Shown one piece after another: positions 58,467 through 64,000 of a stretch of 64,000 bases of DNA. Numbering within the stretch: the stretch's first letter is position 1; each line of letters starts with the position of its first letter. A model generated the notes under the pieces. The model was not told the origin of the DNA. It was given only the letters and a program-made list of their open reading frames with translations, and searched no databases. The position numbers and the translations under genes were made by a program. The stretch comes from Candidatus Eiseniibacteriota bacterium (lineage in GTDB: Bacteria; Eisenbacteria; RBG-16-71-46), in NCBI GenBank assembly GCA_963717505.1, contig OY970342.1, positions 544,001-608,000 of the forward strand. The letters are read 5' to 3'.

Positions 58467-58759
58467 GTCCTCTCATGATGACGCGTGAGCGCGCGGCGTG
58501 GGCGACGGTGGTGGCTCTGTTGGCCACGGTCTCTGCCTGGCTGTTCGCCGGGACCCTCGTGCTCGGGTACAACATGATCGCGGTGCACGCGCCCGAAGTC
58601 GCCACCGTGATTCGCCTCGGACTGCGTGCCGCAATGGTGGTGGCGCGCGCCGGTCTCCCGGGAGCGGTCGTGATCGGCCTCGGGGCGATCCTGGTCGCGG
58701 GTATCCTGTACGAGCGCCGGGAAGAGCCAGCCGAGTCCGTGGAGGTGCGTCGTGCCTGA
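58460..58759 (+). CDS. Small membrane protein
   Basis: Two or three hydrophobic segments; overlaps both neighbours within the operon. Confidence 0.6.
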   Translation: MLGPLMMTRERAAWATVVALLATVSAWLFAGTLVLGYNMIAVHAPEVATVIRLGLRAAMVVARAGLPGAVVIGLGAILVAGILYERREEPAESVEVRRA

Positions 58760-59489
58760 ATTCAAATTCGTCCATGACCCGACCGAAAAGCACGGAGCTG
58801 CCCGCTTCCGCTGGACCGGCCGCCTCATCTTCGGATTGGTGATCATCACCCTGGGGGTCCTGTTCACCCTCGACAATCTCGACCTGATCCAGTCGGGCGA
58901 CATCCTGCTCTGGTGGCCGCTGGCCCTCGTCGCGGTCGGCGTTGCCAAGACCATCGGCGCGGGAACGGTCCAGAAGCCCGTGTTCGGAATCATCCTCGGA
59001 CTGGTCGGCATCTGGTGGTTGCTCAGCAACCTCGGCTACGTCGAGATCGAGCCCTGGGATGTCTGGCCGGTGTTCCTGATCGCGGCCGGCATCATGATCG
59101 TGATCCGTTCGACGCGAGCCCACGTGCCTCAGGAGGGCTCGCTGGAACCCGATTCGCGTATCAGCGCGTTCGCGTTCATGTCGGGCACCGAGCGTAAGAT
59201 CTCGTCGCAGGAATTCCAGGGCGGCGACGTCACGGCCATCATGGGCGGCCACGACCTCGACCTGCGCCAGGCCAAACCGGCCGGCGGTACGTGCGTGATC
59301 GACTTGCTGGTGTGGTGGGGCGGCGTGGACCTGCTGGTTCCGGACGATTGGAAGGTCACGACTGACGGTCTGGCCATCATGGGCGCCATCGAGGACTCGA
59401 CTCGGGCGCCGAGCGGCGAAGCCCGTGGTCATCTGATCCTTCGCGGCCTCGTCGTCATGGGTGGCGTCGAGGTCAAGAACAAGAAGTAG
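58752..59489 (+). CDS. LiaF-like protein (TM domain plus toast-rack C-terminal domain)
   Basis: WWPL / VWPVFLI TM motifs; FQGGDVTAIMGG.DLDLRQA...GGVDLLVP.DW...MGGVEVKN. Confidence 0.85.
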   Translation: MPEFKFVHDPTEKHGAARFRWTGRLIFGLVIITLGVLFTLDNLDLIQSGDILLWWPLALVAVGVAKTIGAGTVQKPVFGIILGLVGIWWLLSNLGYVEIEPWDVWPVFLIAAGIMIVIRSTRAHVPQEGSLEPDSRISAFAFMSGTERKISSQEFQGGDVTAIMGGHDLDLRQAKPAGGTCVIDLLVWWGGVDLLVPDDWKVTTDGLAIMGAIEDSTRAPSGEARGHLILRGLVVMGGVEVKNKK

Positions 59490-59538
59490 TCCTCACCGAC
59501 TGAACTGAGGCCCTCATGACCGGCAAGGGACGATAGCC

Positions 59539-60690
59539 GTGCATCCTCTGCTCCAGGGACGACTCCGGCCGCTGCTCTACTCCGTGATCTGGGTCGGGAT
59601 CGGCGGAATGATGACCGCGCTCTTCCTGCTGGTGCGGCCGCGTCCGATTCCCGACGCGCTGATCTTCGCCGGCCCGCTCAGCCTGGTCTACGGCTCCGTG
59701 TGCCTATCCGCCTGGTGGGTGTGCAAGACAAATCCCATCGGCGAGGCGGCGCCGTGGCGCATCGTGGTCTCCGGATTCGGCGCCGCAGTCCAGGCGAGTG
59801 CCGTGTGGGTGGGGATGGGAACTCTGTGGGGGGTTCTGCTGTCGCGCGCCGGGATCGGCGATCGCGGCACCATCCTGGCCGACGTCGTCGTGCTCGGCAT
59901 CGCGGGCGTCGTGCTCTACGCCGAATCGCTCGCCGCCCACTACTTCCTGCAGGTGTTCGACGCCGTCAGCCAGGCGCAGCGCCGAGTGCTGGCGTCGCAA
60001 GTCGAGGCGCGCGAAGCCGAGTTGCGCGCGCTGCGAGCACAGATCAATCCGCACTTCCTGTTCAACAGCCTGAACTCGATCAGCGCGCTGACCGGCTCGG
60101 ACCCCGAAGCTGCGCGGCGCATGTGCCAACTACTCGGCGACTTCCTGCGCACCAGCCTGACCCTGGGTGGCCGCGAGCACGTCACGCTCGCCGAGGAGAT
60201 CGGCCTGGCCGAGCGTTACCTCGCGATCGAGCAGGTGCGTTTCGGCGAGCGGCTGCAGGTGCAGCGCGAGGTCGAGACGTCTGCGCTGCGCTGCATCGTG
60301 CCGCCGCTCCTGATCCAGCCGCTGATCGAGAATGCGGTCAAGCACGGGGTCGCGGATCGGGTCGAAGGCGGAACCATTCGCATTGCCGCACGCCGGCGCG
60401 ATAACCTGCTCGAGGTCGCGGTCGAGAACCCGCGCGATCCCGAGGCCCCGCCCCGCCGGGGCGCCGGCGTCGGACTCGACAACGTACGGCGTCGGCTCGA
60501 AACCCTCGACCCGCAGCACTCACGCGTCGACGTCACCAAGGAACCCGAGCGTTTTCAGGTCGTGATCACCATGTCCGCCCACGAAGACGAAACTCCGAGT
60601 CGTGTGACAGCCGCCCCGGACGACCGGCCGGGCGGGACCGCCACCGCGGTTCCCGTGGTTCCGCCGGTCGAGCAGGTGCGCCGTGCCTGA
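59539..60690 (+). CDS. LytS/YehU-family sensor histidine kinase
   Basis: LRAQINPHFLFNSLNSI, YLAIEQVRFG, QPLIENAVKHG and GVGLDNVRRRL. Confidence 0.92.
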   Translation: MHPLLQGRLRPLLYSVIWVGIGGMMTALFLLVRPRPIPDALIFAGPLSLVYGSVCLSAWWVCKTNPIGEAAPWRIVVSGFGAAVQASAVWVGMGTLWGVLLSRAGIGDRGTILADVVVLGIAGVVLYAESLAAHYFLQVFDAVSQAQRRVLASQVEAREAELRALRAQINPHFLFNSLNSISALTGSDPEAARRMCQLLGDFLRTSLTLGGREHVTLAEEIGLAERYLAIEQVRFGERLQVQREVETSALRCIVPPLLIQPLIENAVKHGVADRVEGGTIRIAARRRDNLLEVAVENPRDPEAPPRRGAGVGLDNVRRRLETLDPQHSRVDVTKEPERFQVVITMSAHEDETPSRVTAAPDDRPGGTATAVPVVPPVEQVRRA

Positions 60691-61477
60691 TCGCATCCGC
60701 GCGGTCATCGTGGACGACGAGGCCCCGGCACGCTCGTTGTTGCGCGAGTACCTGAGCGCCCACGACGACGTCGAGATTGTCTGCGAGTGTATGAACGGCT
60801 TCGAGGCGGTGAAGCGCATCGGCGAGGTGGAGCCCGACCTGGTGTTCCTCGACGTCCAGATGCCCAAGCTCGATGGCTTCGAAGTGCTCGAGCTGCTCGA
60901 TCGCCAGCCGGCGGTGGTGTTCGTCACCGCCTACGACGAGTACGCGCTCAAGGCCTTCGAAGTCCACGCGGTCGACTACGTCCTCAAACCGATCGGCCGC
61001 GAGCGGCTGGCCGAAGCGCTGGACCACGTGCGTGCGCGGCTCCAGGACGCCCGGGCCGAGTCGGGGAACCTGGTCCAGACCTCGGCGCCGGCGCCGCCGC
61101 GGACTTCGGCCACCGCGCTGGCCGCGGCCGCGCGGCCTCCCGGGCAATACCTGGAGCGGGTGCTGGTCAAGGACGGAACCAACGTGCACGTGATTCCGGT
61201 CGAGCGCGTGGATTGGATCGAGGCCCAGGACGACTACGTCGGCATCCATGCCGAAGGACGCACGCACTTGAAGTCACAGACGCTCGGCGACCTCGAGGTC
61301 GCCATGGATCCGGGCCGCTTCGTGCGCGTCCACCGGTCGTATCTGCTCAATGTCGACCGCCTGGCACGACTCGAATTGTATGCAAAGGACAGCCGAGTCG
61401 CGATTCTCAAGGACGGGAGCCAAATGCCGGTGAGCCGGGCCGGGTATACCAAGCTCAAGGAAATGCTGGACGCCTGA
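60683..61477 (+). CDS. LytTR-family response regulator
   Basis: IVDDE, FLDVQMP, FVTAYD, DYVLKP and FVRVHRSY. Confidence 0.93.
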   Translation: MPDRIRAVIVDDEAPARSLLREYLSAHDDVEIVCECMNGFEAVKRIGEVEPDLVFLDVQMPKLDGFEVLELLDRQPAVVFVTAYDEYALKAFEVHAVDYVLKPIGRERLAEALDHVRARLQDARAESGNLVQTSAPAPPRTSATALAAAARPPGQYLERVLVKDGTNVHVIPVERVDWIEAQDDYVGIHAEGRTHLKSQTLGDLEVAMDPGRFVRVHRSYLLNVDRLARLELYAKDSRVAILKDGSQMPVSRAGYTKLKEMLDA

Positions 61478-61513
61478 TCGGCCGCAGTTCGAACGCGGCC
61501 CGCCCCGCGAACG

Positions 61514-62946
61514 CTACGCCCGCACCGCCGCCGGCTGCTCGGCCGAAGGCGCACCGCCGCGTGACGGCTTGCGCGCGACGAACCGGCCCGCGCCTCGCTC
61601 GACATCGAGCCTGCCGTCGGCGTAGCGCACCTTCCCGTTGACGATCACGTGGGTCGGCTTGCCGCGCACCTTGAAGCCTTCGAAGATGCTGCGGTCGCAC
61701 CTGCGAGTGATGCGTCTTGGCGCTGCGCGTGCCGGCGGCACTCGGATCGTAGACCACGAGATCGGCGTCGGCGCCAACCGCGACCGTGCCCTTGCGCGGA
61801 TAGAGGCCGAAGATCTTGGCCGGGCTCGTGCTGCCGAGCGCCACCATGCGCTGCAGGTCGAAACGTCCCTCGCAAACGCCGTAGGTGTAGAGCAGCTGGA
61901 GGCGATCCTCGATGCCGGCGGCACCGTTGGGAATCTTGGTGAAGTCGTCGCGACCCGCCAGCTTCTGCTCGGTGGGTGAACGGGCAGTGATCGGTGCCCA
62001 CCGAGTCGAGCATCCCGTTCGTGAGTCCCGCGCCACAGCGCATCGTGATGGCCCAGGTGCCCGGGGCGGATCGGCGGGACTCATGACGTAGGCCGAGCCC
62101 CGAAGTCGGGCTTGGTGAACACCGTGTCGTCGAGCAGCAGGTACTGCGGGACAGGTTTCGCCGTAGCAACGCTGACCTTCGAGCTTGGCGCGGACCAGCG
62201 CCTCGACCGCTTCGCGGCAGGTCATGTGCACGATGTAGGCCGTCGTGCCGTGCATGCGCGCCATCATCAACGCGCGCCCCGTGGCCTCGCCCTCGACGCT
62301 GCTCGGTCGCGACACCGGGTGGAACTCGGGGCCGGTGTCGCCCTTCGCCACCAGCTCCTTCTGCAGGTGCCAGACGGCGTCGCCGTTCTCGGCGTGCACC
62401 GTGACCACGGCACCCAGCTTCGCCGCGTGCTTCATGACCTGATAGAGCTCGCCGTCATCGACCATGATCGCGCCCTTGTAGGCCATGAACACCTTGAACG
62501 AGGTGATGCCGTGCTCCTGGACCACGGCACGCATCTCGTCGGCGGTCTTGTCGCCCCAGCCGGTGATCGCCATGTGAAACGAATAGTCGGAAACCGCCTT
62601 CTTCGCGCGCTCCTTCCAGATCTCGAGACCTTCGAGCAGCGACTGGCCGCGGTTGGGGATGCACGAAGTCGATGATGCAGGTGGTGCCGCCGGCGATGCC
62701 CGAGGCGGTGCCCGACTCGAAGTCGTCGGCCGACACCGTGCCCATGAACGGCAGCTCCATGTGGACGTGCGGATCGATCATGCCGGGGAACACGAATTGC
62801 CCCGAGGCGTCGATCACCGTGTCCTTGGCGCCGCGCTTCTCCAGGTCCTTGCCGATCGCCGCGATGGTCCCGCCGTCGCAGTAGATGTCGGCGACGAAGC
62901 GGTCGCCGGCGGTCACGATGTCGCCATTCTTGATGAGCAGACCCAT
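61514..62946 (-). CDS. hydA: Dihydropyrimidinase / D-hydantoinase (several single-base indels)
   Basis: PGMIDPHVH, GGTT, SFKVFMAY, HAENG, ETCPQY, TDHCPF, IPNG and KGTVAVGADAD across frames. Confidence 0.9.
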
Positions 62947-62954
62947 GGTCGTCC

Positions 62955-63821
62955 TCAGAGTGCCGTCAAGTTCTCGTACGTCTCCGGCCGCCTGTCGCGG
63001 TAGAACTGCCAGATGCCGCGCACCTCGTCGATCATGTCGAGGTCCATTTCGGCGACCACCAACGCGTCTTCGTTCTCGCCGGCCTGCGCCAGGAAGTTGC
63101 CGCGCGGGTCGACGAAGTACGACGAACCGTAGAACTTGCCGATGTTCCATGGCGCTTCGGTGCCGACGCGGTTGATGCAGCCCATGAAGTAGCCGTTGGC
63201 GACGGCGTGCGCCGGTTGCTCGAGCTTCCACAGGTATTGCGACAGGCCGGCCACGGTCGCGCTCGGATTGAACACGATCTCGGCGCCGTTCAAGCCCAGG
63301 GCGCGCGCGCCTTCGGGGAAATGCCGGTCGTAGCAGATGTAGACGCCGACCTTGGCGTAGCGTGTCTGGAACACCGGGTAGCCCAGATTGCCGGGCTTGA
63401 AGAAGAACTTCTCCCAGAACCCCGAGGTGTGCGGAATGTGGTTCTTGCGGTACTTCCCGAGGTAGGTGCCGTCGGCGTCGTAGACCGCCGCGGTGTTGTA
63501 GAGCATGCCCGGCATGTCTTTCTCGTAGACCGGGACAACGACCGCCATCTTGTGTTTCGCCGCGAGTTTCGCGACCGCGTCGGTGGTTGGCCCGGGAACC
63601 GGTTCGGCGGCGTCGTACCAGCGGCGATCCTGTCCCGGACAGAAGTACGGGCCGTTGAAGATCTCCTGCAGGCAGAGGACCTGAACGCCCTTCTTCCCTG
63701 CCTCTTCGATGAACGGCACGTGGCGGTCGAACATCGCCTGCTTGATCTTCTCGATCGGCTGGGACTCGTCGTTGATCGGATTGGCGCACTGGATCAATCC
63801 GCCGATCAGCTTACGCGGCAT
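62955..63821 (-). CDS. Nitrilase-family beta-ureidopropionase (N-carbamoyl-beta-alanine amidohydrolase)
   Basis: Catalytic E-K-C motifs LQEIF, YRKNHIP and ICYDRHFPE; FWEKFFF; adjacent to hydA. Confidence 0.88.
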   Translation of the reverse strand: MPRKLIGGLIQCANPINDESQPIEKIKQAMFDRHVPFIEEAGKKGVQVLCLQEIFNGPYFCPGQDRRWYDAAEPVPGPTTDAVAKLAAKHKMAVVVPVYEKDMPGMLYNTAAVYDADGTYLGKYRKNHIPHTSGFWEKFFFKPGNLGYPVFQTRYAKVGVYICYDRHFPEGARALGLNGAEIVFNPSATVAGLSQYLWKLEQPAHAVANGYFMGCINRVGTEAPWNIGKFYGSSYFVDPRGNFLAQAGENEDALVVAEMDLDMIDEVRGIWQFYRDRRPETYENLTAL

Positions 63822-63999
63822 GGGCAGCTCCATGAGGTTGGCCGTGGGTGGCCAACTTACCGCCGAGCCACGCCGCGGGGAGAATCACCAGCAGACCCGC
63901 GATGGCGAACCACACGGGATGGGGAATCATGATCAGATTGGCCGCGGACGCCCCGAGAATGAGGAACCCGACGATCAACGCAGGCACGATGCGGCGAGA
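63811..63999 (-). CDS. C-terminal end of a membrane protein (truncated by window edge)
   Basis: SRRIVPALIVGFLILGASAANLIMIPHPVWFAIAGLLVILPAAWLGGKL...*; stop overlaps the next start region. Confidence 0.6.
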   Translation of the reverse strand, partial: SRRIVPALIVGFLILGASAANLIMIPHPVWFAIAGLLVILPAAWLGGKLATHGQPHGAAHAA

Positions 64000-64000
64000 A

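Noticed and set aside
61514-62946. Programmed frameshifting or true pseudogenes in hydA, preA and suf genes
   Set aside because: There are too many shifts per gene, no slippery motifs, and catalytic motifs are intact. Assembly error is more likely.

Overview
High-GC bacterial DNA. The diderm gene content, Hanks-type kinases and C-terminal sorting-like Ig domains suggest Candidatus Eisenbacteria or a related FCB lineage; this is inference only. In order, the window holds: secreted and outer-membrane proteins; an Npt/TLC-like MFS-HEAT protein coupled to a membrane Ser/Thr kinase; a suf Fe-S operon (sufA-C-B-D-S-U-Rieske-sufT) headed by a 4-Cys MerR regulator with its own operator; a four-gene DUF11 surface-structure operon (16967-30535); reductive pyrimidine catabolism genes split into three colinear pieces; icd and pntAAB; an island with a 7x306-bp repeat lipoprotein and transposase remnants; and a LiaF-like/LytS-LytTR module with 21-bp-period operator repeats. 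The main finding is the DUF11 operon. Its Lys/Asp/Asn isopeptide-type domain is split between the C-terminus (Lys+Asp acceptor) and the N-terminus (Asn donor strands) of different proteins. The pattern is tip (acceptor only), shaft (donor plus acceptor), outer-membrane barrel base (donor only) and a residue-dead acceptor that may be a chaperone. This predicts a sortase-independent, covalently self-ligating fimbria in a diderm bacterium. Several conserved genes (sufA/B/C, preA, hydA) carry single-base indels that look like assembly errors. I saw no rRNA, tRNA or CRISPR array.
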